Below, piece after piece: positions 1 through 9,469 of a stretch of 64,000 nt of DNA; within the stretch, counting starts at the first letter, position 1, and each line of letters opens with the position of its first letter. The notes beneath the pieces were generated by a model. It did no database searches. It was given only the letters and a program-made list of their open reading frames with translations, and was not told where the DNA came from. This stretch comes from Negativicutes bacterium (GTDB taxonomy: Bacteria; Bacillota; Negativicutes; UBA1444), in the NCBI GenBank assembly GCA_963665275.2, contig CAXXIN010000012.1, positions 1 to 64,000 on the forward strand, given 5' to 3'. A program made the translations under genes and the position numbers.

Positions 1-512
1 TTGCCGGCATCATTGATGTAAAATTCTTTTTGAACATCATAGCCGGCGGCCGTCATCAGGTTGGCAAGGGCGCTGCCGAATGCCGCACCACGGCCATGGC
101 CTACATGCAAAGGGCCGGTCGGGTTAGCGCTGACGAATTCAATCTGGATCTTTTGCTGCTGTCCAGCCTGCGTATTGCCGTAAGTTTCCCCCTGTTCGAG
201 GATTTCCTGCAGCAACTCGTAAAGCCAGTCGGGTTTCAGATAAAAATTGATAAAGCCGGGTCCGGCGATTTCGGCGCGGTCCAGCCAGGGAAACTGCAAA
301 TGGGTTACGATGGCTTCGGCGATTTTCCTTGGGTTGGCTTTCAGTGTGCGGGCCGCCTGCATCGCAAAATTGGTGGCATAGTCACCGAAGCTCTTCTCCG
401 GGGGCACCTCCAGAAATACTTCCGGCAGTACGCCTTGAGGCAACGCGCCGTCCGCAACAGCCGCAGCCGCAGCTCCGGCAATTGCGCCAGATAGTTGTTC
501 CTTAACGTTCAC
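1..512 (-). CDS. argS: Arginine--tRNA ligase, N-terminal part (runs off window start)
   Basis: Not in the ORF track. Manual translation from GTG at 512 (GGAGG RBS upstream) gives MNVKEQLSGAI...FGDYATN...IEFVSANPTGPLHVGHGRGAAFG...EFYINDAG, the class I HIGH-type motif of ArgS. Confidence 0.95.
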   Translation of the reverse strand, partial: MNVKEQLSGAIAGAAAAAVADGALPQGVLPEVFLEVPPEKSFGDYATNFAMQAARTLKANPRKIAEAIVTHLQFPWLDRAEIAGPGFINFYLKPDWLYELLQEILEQGETYGNTQAGQQQKIQIEFVSANPTGPLHVGHGRGAAFGSALANLMTAAGYDVQKEFYINDAG

Positions 513-561
513 TCTGTGTTCCTCCAGTGCATCATAAAGGCATTTAAGCAAATACGATTCT

Positions 562-590
562 ATTATAACAGTTGTTTTCTCTGTTGCCAA
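562..590 (-). promoter_or_regulatory. Sigma70/SigA-type promoter for argS
   Basis: Minus strand TTGGCA-N17-TATAAT with extended TG. Confidence 0.6.
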
Positions 591-607
591 ATCAAAATAA
601 AATAGGA

Positions 608-2092
608 TTACAAGGCTTTCTCCATTGCATCAGTCACGGTTTTCAGCACGGTCAGCCGCGCATATTCTTTGGAATTGGCAGCCACAACCGTCCATGGAGC
701 CTTATGGGGCGAGGTTCTGAACAGCATCTCATCCACAGCCAGCTTATAGGCATCCCATTTCTCACGGTTCCGCCAGTCTTCAGCCGTAATTTTCCACTTT
801 TTATCCGGCGTGTTTTCTCGTTCTTCAAAGCGGCGCAGCTGTTCCTCTTTGTCGATGTGAAGCCAGAATTTGACGAGGACTGCGCCGAAATTCGTCAGCT
901 GTTCTTCAAATTCGTTGATTTCCCTGTAGGCGCGACGCCAATCGGCCTCCGGGCAAAAGCCCTCCACTCTTTCGACCAAAACCCGACCATACCAGGTCCG
1001 GTCAAAGATGCTGATTCGACCAGCCGCCGGTACTGCTTGCCAAAAGCGCCAGAGGTAATGATGCGCCCGTTCAATGTCGTTTGGCGCTGCAATCGGCACC
1101 ACTTCATACCCGCGGGGATCGAAATTTTCCACCAGTCGTTTGATGGCTCCACCCTTGCCGGCGGCATCCCAACCCTCGAACAGAATAATGACCGGAATTT
1201 TCTTTTTATAGGTCTCATAATGCAATTCATGAAGTTTATTTCCCAGGTGGCCCAGTTCTTTTTCATAGAGGTCCGGATTCCAGTCTTTTGGCATCACGAC
1301 CTTATCCAGTGCCGACGTCAGAACTTCCGTCGGTATAGGCACAGGGGCAATCGCCGGAATTGCCGCCGCTTTCTGACTCTCCACGCTCTCGATTTTTTGC
1401 TCCAATGCCTGAATGACTTTGCCGCAAATTTTCGCAGTAGCAAACCGCCGGTCCATCGCCGCAACAGGAGTCCATGGACTGCTGTCCCGGTCCGTCCGGC
1501 TCAGCGCCTCTTCAATGATATTCATAAATTCGTCATATTTTCGGTGTCGCCGCCATTCCACATCGCCGACTCGCCAACGAGTCGCCGGATCCTTTTCCAG
1601 ATCATCCAGCCGCGCTTTCTGCTCTTTTTTGGTAATGTGCAGAAAAAACTTGATCAGAATACAGCCTGAATCCGTCAACTGGCGCTCAAAAGAAACGATT
1701 TCATCATAAATCGCAGCCACTCTGCCATTCTTGCTCACTCCATCGATCCGTTCGTTCAGCACGGCCTCATACCAACTCTTGTCATAAATCATAATTTTTC
1801 CTGCGGCAGGGGTCGTATTCCAATATCGCCACAAAAAGGGATGGGCATTCACATCATCGTGACAGAGATTGTTGGCGAACACCTTGAATCCCCTGGGATC
1901 CAGGCGTAAAATCAATTCATTGATCAACGTGCCGCGGCCCGCTGCATCCCATCCTTCGAACACGATAATAGCAGGGATTCCCAAGTCATGAAGCTTGCGG
2001 TGCAATTCGCCCAGCTGACTGCCCATACGATCCATTTGCGTCTTGAACTCATCTTTGGCAAGTTTTTGTTCGAGATCCATCTGGTCAAGCAT
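608..2092 (-). CDS. pap: Two-domain polyphosphate kinase 2 (polyphosphate:AMP phosphotransferase)
   Basis: Two PPK2 domains: FEGWDAAGRG and FEGWDAAGKGG Walker A, DPRG, FDRTWYGRVLVERVEG, WKITAEDW. Confidence 0.92.
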   Translation of the reverse strand: MLDQMDLEQKLAKDEFKTQMDRMGSQLGELHRKLHDLGIPAIIVFEGWDAAGRGTLINELILRLDPRGFKVFANNLCHDDVNAHPFLWRYWNTTPAAGKIMIYDKSWYEAVLNERIDGVSKNGRVAAIYDEIVSFERQLTDSGCILIKFFLHITKKEQKARLDDLEKDPATRWRVGDVEWRRHRKYDEFMNIIEEALSRTDRDSSPWTPVAAMDRRFATAKICGKVIQALEQKIESVESQKAAAIPAIAPVPIPTEVLTSALDKVVMPKDWNPDLYEKELGHLGNKLHELHYETYKKKIPVIILFEGWDAAGKGGAIKRLVENFDPRGYEVVPIAAPNDIERAHHYLWRFWQAVPAAGRISIFDRTWYGRVLVERVEGFCPEADWRRAYREINEFEEQLTNFGAVLVKFWLHIDKEEQLRRFEERENTPDKKWKITAEDWRNREKWDAYKLAVDEMLFRTSPHKAPWTVVAANSKEYARLTVLKTVTDAMEKAL

Positions 2093-2191
2093 ACGACTAT
2101 CCCCCTAATTTTCCGCGTTCTATCTATGTTTCCCGCATGGATTCATGGTAAAATACTCGCAGGATCCAAATTTGTTTGATGAGGTGAAACT

Positions 2192-2686
2192 ATGAAACCA
2201 GCCAAAACCCAACTCATACTCTCGTTGCTGCTGGCCGGATTGTTGCTTTTGGGCCTGCAGTCAGCCACTTTTGCCGCCACTCCCCCTGCCGCAGCACCGG
2301 CTGCCACAGCTGCTGTTCCGGCGCCCCAGTTCGTGATTCCCGTTGAAGTTCGCGAGTTTACGGCCGATGCTCTCGGAACGACCCTGGTTCAAAGAACCCG
2401 CGATTCTTTTGCCTCTGACAATCGATTCCGCATGTCCTCCTCCGAAGCCAACCGGATCATTGTCCGTTTGTATACCCGCGGGATATCGGGGAAAGATCCA
2501 CAAACAGCGTATAGCTTTACGGTTACTTTCAAGCTCGCAGATTCGCCTGATGAATTATTTGCCGGCAGTACAATCGGCACCTGCAATTTCAAGGAAATTC
2601 CGGCCGATGCAAAAGGCATTGTCGATATGGCGTGGAATCAAGCAAACAATTATCCCAAACTGTTTGATACTGTCAAGAAGAAATAA
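2192..2686 (+). CDS. Exported hypothetical protein
   Basis: GAGGTG RBS, signal peptide ending in ATFA, Ala/Pro-rich linker; no family recognised. Confidence 0.8.
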   Translation: MKPAKTQLILSLLLAGLLLLGLQSATFAATPPAAAPAATAAVPAPQFVIPVEVREFTADALGTTLVQRTRDSFASDNRFRMSSSEANRIIVRLYTRGISGKDPQTAYSFTVTFKLADSPDELFAGSTIGTCNFKEIPADAKGIVDMAWNQANNYPKLFDTVKKK

Positions 2687-2703
2687 TTAAAACAAAGAGT
2701 ATT

Positions 2704-2733
2704 GGAGACCTCCGGTTTAACCGGGGGTCTTTT
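2704..2733. terminator. Intrinsic terminator between convergent genes
   Basis: AGACCTCCGG-TTTAA-CCGGGGGTCT hairpin followed by a T-run. Confidence 0.75.
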
Positions 2734-2742
2734 ATTATGCAC

Positions 2743-3666
2743 TTAAACAGCCATCTGTGCTCCGAGGGAAGGGCAGCTGTTTTCGGCCGACTGAATCGTG
2801 CAGGCCGCTGCCCGCGTTCCTGTGACAACCGCATGCGTCAAGGTTTCTCCGCGGACCAGTCCGGCCATAGTACCTGAGAAAAATGCATCTCCCGCTCCAC
2901 AGGTATCCACCACATTGACCTTCATCGCCGGCTGGATTCCTGACTCTCCGGTCCTAACATCCAAAAATGCGCAGCCGCAAGGGCCCAGGGTAACAACCAC
3001 CGATTGCAGGTTCCTCTCCCGCGCAAAGGAGGGAAGTCGATCGAGCACGCGAGCGGGCTCATTTTCATCCCATTCGGTCCCGCAGAGCCGGCCCGCCTCA
3101 ATATGATTGCAAATGAAACAACTCAGTCCGTCCAATACTTCCGGCGTTTTCAGGATCACGGACAGATTGCCAGGCAATCCATACACCGGTCGCTGCTTTT
3201 CACTGGCCAGTTTCAACGCCTGCTTGGTAATTGTTTCATTCAGATCCAGTTCAAGAGCGACGTGTGTGATCCTGTTCATCAAGTCCACACCCCGTTGATC
3301 AAGCATATCGGCCATTCCCTGCAGATTCGGCATTTGGGATATGGATCCCGCGAGTTCGCCCTGACCGTCCATGACCGCCAGCCACATTCCCATACCGCAT
3401 TTATCCATCTCCGCCAAAAACGTTATGTCCACGCCAGCAGCGCCAAGACGTCCCGCCACATCCGCGCCGATGGCACCTCTGTCAATACTGGATACAAGGC
3501 TAACAGGCAGTCCCAGTTGAGCTAGGTTTTCCGCGACATTGCGTCCAACGCCGCCATGCACGAAGCGAACCGAACCGACATTTCTGCCGAGCGGTACGTA
3601 ATTCGCGGCGGCAAAGCCTTTACAATCAACAAAAACAGTCCCCACTACCCCCACATGAGTTGCCAA
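2743..3666 (-). CDS. PfkB-family carbohydrate/nucleoside kinase (pseudouridine kinase-like)
   Basis: GGVGRNVAENL and DTCGAGDAF PfkB signatures. Confidence 0.88.
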   Translation of the reverse strand: MATHVGVVGTVFVDCKGFAAANYVPLGRNVGSVRFVHGGVGRNVAENLAQLGLPVSLVSSIDRGAIGADVAGRLGAAGVDITFLAEMDKCGMGMWLAVMDGQGELAGSISQMPNLQGMADMLDQRGVDLMNRITHVALELDLNETITKQALKLASEKQRPVYGLPGNLSVILKTPEVLDGLSCFICNHIEAGRLCGTEWDENEPARVLDRLPSFARERNLQSVVVTLGPCGCAFLDVRTGESGIQPAMKVNVVDTCGAGDAFFSGTMAGLVRGETLTHAVVTGTRAAACTIQSAENSCPSLGAQMAV

Positions 3667-3703
3667 AAGCTGTCCCCCATCTCCACTCCAATTTTACAAA
3701 GCC

Positions 3704-3752
3704 AAAAAGCGAGACGGGCCTGCCCTCCGGGAGAAGAACATGCCCGTCTTTT
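3704..3752 (-). terminator. Probable terminator after speD
   Basis: Minus strand AAGACGGGC...GCCCGTCTC stem followed by GCTTTTT. Confidence 0.55.
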
Positions 3753-3759
3753 CATTGAT

Positions 3760-4605
3760 TTATACTTTCGGAATATTTCTGCCGGAGAAGATTTCATTCA
3801 TCTCTTTCTTCAGCCTCTGTTTGATTTTCTTCTTTTCCGAGGTGATCAATTCCTTCTTGGCAGTGCCAAACAGATAATTATCCAGATCGAATTCCTTCAG
3901 CAGCATCTTCGTATGAAAAATATTGTCCTGATAGACATTCACGTCCACCATCTGATAAAGATCGCGGGTTTCCCGGGAAATATAGTTTTGGATCGAATTG
4001 ATCTTGTGATCAATAAACAGTTTTTTGCCGTTAATGTCGCGAGTAAAACCGCGCACACGATAGTCGATGACCACCATATCCGAACTGAAGCTGTTGATCA
4101 GATAGTTCAGCGCTGTCAGCGGCGAGATTCGTCCGCAGGTCGAGACGTCAATGTCGGCGCGAAAGGTACTGATGCCCTGATCCGGATGGCTTTCAGGGTA
4201 AGTATGAACTGTAATGTGGCTTTTGTCGAGATGAGCCACCACAGCATCTGTTTTTTTCTTTTTCCCTTTCGGCTTGGGATCGTCCTCTTCAGAAACATCC
4301 GTAGCCTCTGCCGCCAGTGCTTCTGACGCTTCCTTGTCTTCCGCGATCAGCATGGTCACGCTCGAGCCCTGCGGTTCATAATCCTGCTGGGCGATGTTGA
4401 GAATGTTGGCTCCAATGATTTTCGCCACTTCGGTAAGGATGCCGGTCAGTCGCTCGGCATTGTATTCTTCATCGATGTAATCGATGTAAGCTTGTCGGTG
4501 CTGGGGAGTCTTCGCGTAACAAATATCATACATGTTGAAACTCAGACTTTTAGTCAGGTTATTGAACCCATACAGCTTGAGTTTTTTGATTTTCTTAACT
4601 TTCAT
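3760..4605 (-). CDS. speD: S-adenosylmethionine decarboxylase proenzyme (E. coli-type)
   Basis: [21 protein letters not shown], self-cleavage motif [19 protein letters not shown]; start set at ATG 4605 with AGAGGA RBS. Confidence 0.95.
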   Translation of the reverse strand: MKVKKIKKLKLYGFNNLTKSLSFNMYDICYAKTPQHRQAYIDYIDEEYNAERLTGILTEVAKIIGANILNIAQQDYEPQGSSVTMLIAEDKEASEALAAEATDVSEEDDPKPKGKKKKTDAVVAHLDKSHITVHTYPESHPDQGISTFRADIDVSTCGRISPLTALNYLINSFSSDMVVIDYRVRGFTRDINGKKLFIDHKINSIQNYISRETRDLYQMVDVNVYQDNIFHTKMLLKEFDLDNYLFGTAKKELITSEKKKIKQRLKKEMNEIFSGRNIPKV

Positions 4606-4668
4606 GCGTTTCCTCTTTCCTGCTCCGGCTTTATTTTCCAAACAAATAGTAGCAGATTTTCCGTCATT

Positions 4669-5385
4669 CTACAACCCATTTTCATTCCAGCAAAAATATA
4701 CCCCGAGGAATCCTCTGTTCAAAAACACGTCAACACTGCGCGAGCCGTCAGCCAATCGATTGCAGATGCCTCCGGGGTGATCGCGCTTCAACAGGGCTTG
4801 ATGCAGCGGCCATTGGACTCCCACGCTGTTAACATTTTCGCACTCATCTGACAGTGGCAAAAGAGAGATGGCAACAGGGGTTTCCAGCAAATCGGCGTGA
4901 AAGGATTGCCCTCCTTCGAGCAAAAACAGAGCTTCCGCCTCGTCCGCCAAGCCGATCGCCTGCAGGCCCAATAAATTAGCTTCCCATAGACTGAACACAT
5001 TTGAGTATGCATGATCGAACCGTCTGCCCATTGCGCCTGTCAACAGGACTTCTGCGCCGGGGCGCCTTGCGGCGAGTTCTTGCAAAGACAGCTGCAAATC
5101 CGTCAGATCTTTGTCAACAGGATGGCGTACCAGGGGAACTCCGAGCGATTCGGCCCACCGCCACGATTCCGAAGATCCGCTGTCCGCGTCCCCGATCAGC
5201 ACTTCCGGCGACACGGCCGCAGACCTGCATGCGTCAATGCCCCGATCAGCCGCCCACACCGGATACCGCCGCGCGACCTGTTTCAACCAGCCGTCAGCGG
5301 GCGGTCTCCCGCCAGCCACCAAAACCACCGGCGCCGACGGCTCAGCACCGGTCAGAAAACTTCCCTGTGGCAAGTCTATCTTCAT
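4669..5385 (-). CDS. thiN: Thiamine diphosphokinase
   Basis: AADRG, LIGDADS, DKDLTDL, GAMGRRFDH, GVQWPL motifs. Confidence 0.9.
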   Translation of the reverse strand: MKIDLPQGSFLTGAEPSAPVVLVAGGRPPADGWLKQVARRYPVWAADRGIDACRSAAVSPEVLIGDADSGSSESWRWAESLGVPLVRHPVDKDLTDLQLSLQELAARRPGAEVLLTGAMGRRFDHAYSNVFSLWEANLLGLQAIGLADEAEALFLLEGGQSFHADLLETPVAISLLPLSDECENVNSVGVQWPLHQALLKRDHPGGICNRLADGSRSVDVFLNRGFLGVYFCWNENGL

Positions 5386-5412
5386 GCATGCCTCCTTCGC
5401 CGCCGCTCCCCC

Positions 5413-7341
5413 TCAAGGGCTTTCGGCGCCTTCCATGTCCTCCAGTGTGCATCCGAGCTCTTCCCACGTACGGTAGGCGGTCTCCAGCGCTGCCTTGACG
5501 CGTTCATGCTCTTCGCCCAGTTTCCGGCTTTCCACCGGATCTGCATGAGAAGCTGGATCATTGATCCGCTCCTCCAGCTCTGTCAGCGCAGTCTCCAATT
5601 CACCGATTTCTTTTTCCGCCCGGTTTATCTGGCGAATACAGTCTTGCCGTCGTTTGAGCGGCGAAGTGTTTTTCTTTTCTGTTTGCTCATTTTTTTTGGC
5701 TTTTTTCTGAACCGCCTCCGCAGGTTTTGCCAGTGCCTCCTGCACCACGGACAGCGCCGCTTTGTATTCGGTATAATTGCCTGGATAAGACCCCAGGGCT
5801 CCGGCCTCGAGCACCAACACGCGGTCGGCGATCCGGTCGATCAGGTAACGATCGTGCGACACCAGTAAAATCGTGCCTGGGAATGCATCCATTGCTTCCT
5901 CGACAGCCTCGCGCGCGCGAATATCGAGGTGATTGGTCGGTTCATCCATGACCAGAAAATTGGCGCCGGACAAAATAATTTTCAAAAGGGCCAGCCGGGC
6001 TTTTTCACCGCCGGACAAATCCCCGATGGTCTTGAACACATCGTCGCCCCGGAACATGAACCGCCCTAACACCTTGCGGGCCCGATCTTCTGTCAGGGCA
6101 CATTGATAAACCAGTTCATCAATTACCCGCACAGAATCGTTCAATTCTTCAAATTCCTGAGCGTAGTAGCCGATTCGGGCACGCGGACTCAGCTTCACCC
6201 GTCCATGAAGCGGCAGCATTTCTCCCAGCAAAATCCGCAGAACCGTGGTTTTCCCTGCTCCATTGGGCCCGAGCAGCGCCACTTTTTCGCCACCGCGAAG
6301 CAAAAAAGAGAGCTTGTCGAAAACCGGGACCTCGCCATAACCCCCTGAAACATCGATAAACTCAGCCATCCGGTCGGGTATCTCGTCGCAATCCGGAAAG
6401 AAAAACTGCATCGCCTCGCGTATTTCCGGTTGCTCCAGTCGTTCCAGGCGATTCAGCTGGGACTGGCGGCCGCGGGCCTGCTTGGATTTTATTCCTGCCT
6501 TGTAACGCCTGATATACTCTTCAGTTTCGGCGATTTTTTCCTGTTGCTGTTCATAAGCAGCCAGCGCCGCCTCGAGGCGGGAAGCTTTCTGAGCCACATA
6601 CCCGGAATAGCCCGCCGAATATTCCTGCAGCGAACCGTTCTCAAGTTCCAGTGTCCTGCGTGTCACCGCATCCAGGAAGTACCGGTCGTGCGAGATCACG
6701 AGGATAGCGCCCGGATAGTTCCGCAAATAGCCTTCAAGCCACTCTGTACGCTCCAGGTCTAGGTGATTGGTAGGTTCATCCAGAATGAGGAAGTCAGGCT
6801 GCCGCACCAGTTCGCGCGCCAAGGCTATCCGGGTTTTTTGTCCACCGGAGAATTCCTCCGCCTTGCGGCCCAGTTCTTCTTCCGAAAAATCCAGTCCGAT
6901 AGATACCTGACGTATCCGGCTATCCATCGCATAGCCGTCGGCATGTTCAAAGCGCGCCATGACCTCGGCGTATTCTTCCAGCAATCCAGCGGAACTCGCC
7001 TCGCCCTGGCTGGCGATCTGCTGTTCCAGCTCCCGCATGCGGGCCTCCCAGGCAAGGACGTCCTGGTATGCCTGCTTCAGTTCTTCCAGTACGGTTCGAC
7101 CGCCGAAATCGGCAGCCTGTTCGACATAGCCGACCGCACAGTGGCCATACCAGGTGACCTGCCCCCCATTACTGCTTTCCTGACCCCGCAGGCAGCGAAG
7201 CAAAGTCGTTTTGCCGGCGCCGTTCGGCCCCACCAGTCCGACTTTCTCTCCCCTGCGGATTTCGAATCCAACTCCGGAGAACAAGGTACGTTCGCCGAAA
7301 AATTTAGCCAGGTCGGTTACTTTCAACAGGATCTCACTCAT
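5413..7341 (-). CDS. ABC-F family ATP-binding protein
   Basis: Two ABC domains (GPNGAGKTT twice, FSGGQ/LSGGE, LDEPTNHLD), no TM segments, C-terminal coiled coil. Confidence 0.93.
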   Translation of the reverse strand: MSEILLKVTDLAKFFGERTLFSGVGFEIRRGEKVGLVGPNGAGKTTLLRCLRGQESSNGGQVTWYGHCAVGYVEQAADFGGRTVLEELKQAYQDVLAWEARMRELEQQIASQGEASSAGLLEEYAEVMARFEHADGYAMDSRIRQVSIGLDFSEEELGRKAEEFSGGQKTRIALARELVRQPDFLILDEPTNHLDLERTEWLEGYLRNYPGAILVISHDRYFLDAVTRRTLELENGSLQEYSAGYSGYVAQKASRLEAALAAYEQQQEKIAETEEYIRRYKAGIKSKQARGRQSQLNRLERLEQPEIREAMQFFFPDCDEIPDRMAEFIDVSGGYGEVPVFDKLSFLLRGGEKVALLGPNGAGKTTVLRILLGEMLPLHGRVKLSPRARIGYYAQEFEELNDSVRVIDELVYQCALTEDRARKVLGRFMFRGDDVFKTIGDLSGGEKARLALLKIILSGANFLVMDEPTNHLDIRAREAVEEAMDAFPGTILLVSHDRYLIDRIADRVLVLEAGALGSYPGNYTEYKAALSVVQEALAKPAEAVQKKAKKNEQTEKKNTSPLKRRQDCIRQINRAEKEIGELETALTELEERINDPASHADPVESRKLGEEHERVKAALETAYRTWEELGCTLEDMEGAESP

Positions 7342-7363
7342 GCTTGTGTCATCTCATTCCCGT

Positions 7364-8533
7364 TCAATAATATTCGCTGATAAAGTTACGGCAAGCCGGA
7401 AAAACCTGTTCCAGAATCGCCAGATCAGTTGCGCTGCAGCGGTTGCCGTTCCGCACTGCCAGGATCTCCCTTACCGGACGTTCTCCGAATACCATCTGAC
7501 TCATCGCACCGACGTCGAGAGACAGTCCGCAGGACAGTCCTGGGGGTAAAGGAAGCAGTGCGCCCTTGCCGTGCCGGATGCTCCAGTGAAAAGCCCCTTC
7601 ATTCCATGGGGTCAAAGAATCCGTCACCGTCAGGTCCAGTTCCGCTGACAACCCTGCCGGATACTCCAGCTCTGCCAACACTGTCTGAATATCGGTGATC
7701 CGGCCCATCAAGAAAGGTTCGGACTGCGTGGCAGAATAAAAAACCGATCCGGGATCGCCTGCGGGATCGTCCCATTCCAGGCCCGCGTCTCCGGTCACAC
7801 CTGTCTGGCTGACCAGGCACTGCCAGATCGCATCGACCACCCATTTTTCGCGCCAGACCATCTCACGCACACGCAAAATATTTTCTTGTGTCTTATACAA
7901 AACATAGCCAGCTGGAATTTCATCGCGGGAAAAGATCCCGACCCGCCCGCCTTCGCTGCGGTGATCCGCCAGCAAATCGTCCCAGTCCTGTCGTCCCCGC
8001 CAGGCATACCCATGCCGCGGCCGGACAAAAGTTTCATACAACGCTTCCAGCGGCTCAATCGCCTGTTCGTCTGGCGTCCAGTTCCCCTCTGGCAAAAAGC
8101 CATTGAGTTGCTGCCTGGCCTTGGTCATCGCCAGACTGTATTTCTGCCGCGAATAACAATAATCCCAGCCCAATTTGCGATAAAAAACCGGCCACCGTGG
8201 CTGCAAGATACTGACTCCGACGCCGGTCCGCTTCAATTCGGCCAGGGCAGTTGCCATCAGGTCCCGGCCGATTCCGGTCCCGCGCAGCGCTTCCTCCACG
8301 CACACGCCCACGAAATAGACCGCTTCACGCCAGGTCCCCCGCAGCATCAGCCGGTAGGGAAGCAAGTGCGCCTGCGCCAGAACATTCCCGTCTTCCACGC
8401 CAACCCATACCTGATCTGCCCGGTAGTGCCGGGAAAAATACCAGCTGGTCCAGGGTTCTTCCTCACCGAAACATTGGCCCCAGAGCCGCCGTATCGGCGC
8501 ATATTCATCTTCCCTGCTCAAGCGGAAGTTCAT
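7364..8533 (-). CDS. Eis-like GNAT N-acetyltransferase with SCP2-like C-terminus
   Basis: Motif A (ALRGTGIG), FYRKLGW, DSLTPWNEG, C-terminal ISEYY; start moved to ATG 8533 with GAGGAG RBS. Confidence 0.85.
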   Translation of the reverse strand: MNFRLSREDEYAPIRRLWGQCFGEEEPWTSWYFSRHYRADQVWVGVEDGNVLAQAHLLPYRLMLRGTWREAVYFVGVCVEEALRGTGIGRDLMATALAELKRTGVGVSILQPRWPVFYRKLGWDYCYSRQKYSLAMTKARQQLNGFLPEGNWTPDEQAIEPLEALYETFVRPRHGYAWRGRQDWDDLLADHRSEGGRVGIFSRDEIPAGYVLYKTQENILRVREMVWREKWVVDAIWQCLVSQTGVTGDAGLEWDDPAGDPGSVFYSATQSEPFLMGRITDIQTVLAELEYPAGLSAELDLTVTDSLTPWNEGAFHWSIRHGKGALLPLPPGLSCGLSLDVGAMSQMVFGERPVREILAVRNGNRCSATDLAILEQVFPACRNFISEYY

Positions 8534-8543
8534 CTCTTTCTCC

Positions 8544-9431
8544 TCAGGCGCCTCTGACGCTGTATTTTTCGACCATCCGGATCGGCCGATATGAAAGTTT
8601 GGCTGCCCGCAGTCCCGGTATTCCCATATCCTCTTCCCGATTGACAAAGGTCATATGCGACCAGGCATGCGCCAGATATTCCCGGTTGATCATCTGATAA
8701 AGCCCGACCACTTCCTGGTCTGCTTTTTCGATGTGAATCACCACCGTATCTTCGCTCAGTGCTTCCCCGACGGTAAAAGATTTGATTTTTCCGTCGATCC
8801 GGATGATCCCACCGCTTAAGTTCAATTCAGTAAATTGGGTTAAGGCCTGTTCCACCGCGAACGTCTCCGCTTGCAGAATTTCATCGCCACTCTGTTGCCG
8901 GGCCAACCATTCCTTGGTCACGGGAATACATTCCAGAGCATTGCCCGCATTCATGGCTTCGTAGGAAAAATCCGGCGTATTTCTAAGAAAAGTACGGATA
9001 TGATGCCGTTTGGCTTCGAACTTACGCCCTTTGAGCTCAATGAGGTCTCGGACGCTATATATATAGTCGTCTTCACACAAGTCGTGTTCGATCTCCCAGG
9101 CAGGGAAAGCTTTTTTCAACAGTTCAGCCAAGGGTTTTTCCAATCCACGGATCAATACCGGCTGCCCTTGTTCGCGGAACCAATCCGCCAGGATTTTTGC
9201 CGCCTGAACGGCATCTTCTTCATCTGGTGCACAGGGATGCAATGAATATAACGGCCCATCATTTCGGACCACTACGCAGATGGCCTTGCCGGCCCAGGTC
9301 CAGACAATATCCAAAGGCTTTCGCCATATGAATAGGTTGGTGAAGCTGCTTTCCGACCCTTCGTGCCGGCAACTTCGATACGATCGATCAAAAATCGATC
9401 TGTCCTGTAAAGTGATTTGATGAAACTCCAT
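8544..9431 (-). CDS. DUF2156 / LPG-synthase C-terminal-like soluble protein
   Basis: SFTNLFIW, DYIYSVRDLIELKGRKF, HIEKA, VNREEDMGIPGLRAAKLSYRP; start moved to ATG 9431. Confidence 0.88.
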   Translation of the reverse strand: MEFHQITLQDRSIFDRSYRSCRHEGSESSFTNLFIWRKPLDIVWTWAGKAICVVVRNDGPLYSLHPCAPDEEDAVQAAKILADWFREQGQPVLIRGLEKPLAELLKKAFPAWEIEHDLCEDDYIYSVRDLIELKGRKFEAKRHHIRTFLRNTPDFSYEAMNAGNALECIPVTKEWLARQQSGDEILQAETFAVEQALTQFTELNLSGGIIRIDGKIKSFTVGEALSEDTVVIHIEKADQEVVGLYQMINREYLAHAWSHMTFVNREEDMGIPGLRAAKLSYRPIRMVEKYSVRGA

Positions 9432-9469
9432 GCTGCAAACACTCCCAAATCCGATTGTCTTTCCTGTCC

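Noticed and set aside
30-1669. Long plus-strand ORFs 30..494 and 572..1669, and many similar ones (e.g. 10767..11732, 14767..15720, 36239..37183)
   Set aside because: Antisense shadows of well-supported genes (argS, ppk2, ppdK and others) with no motifs of their own.
4240-4345. Charged, Lys-rich segment in SpeD before the cleavage site
   Set aside because: This loop is variable in E. coli-type SpeD proteins, it is in frame and has no intein hallmarks.
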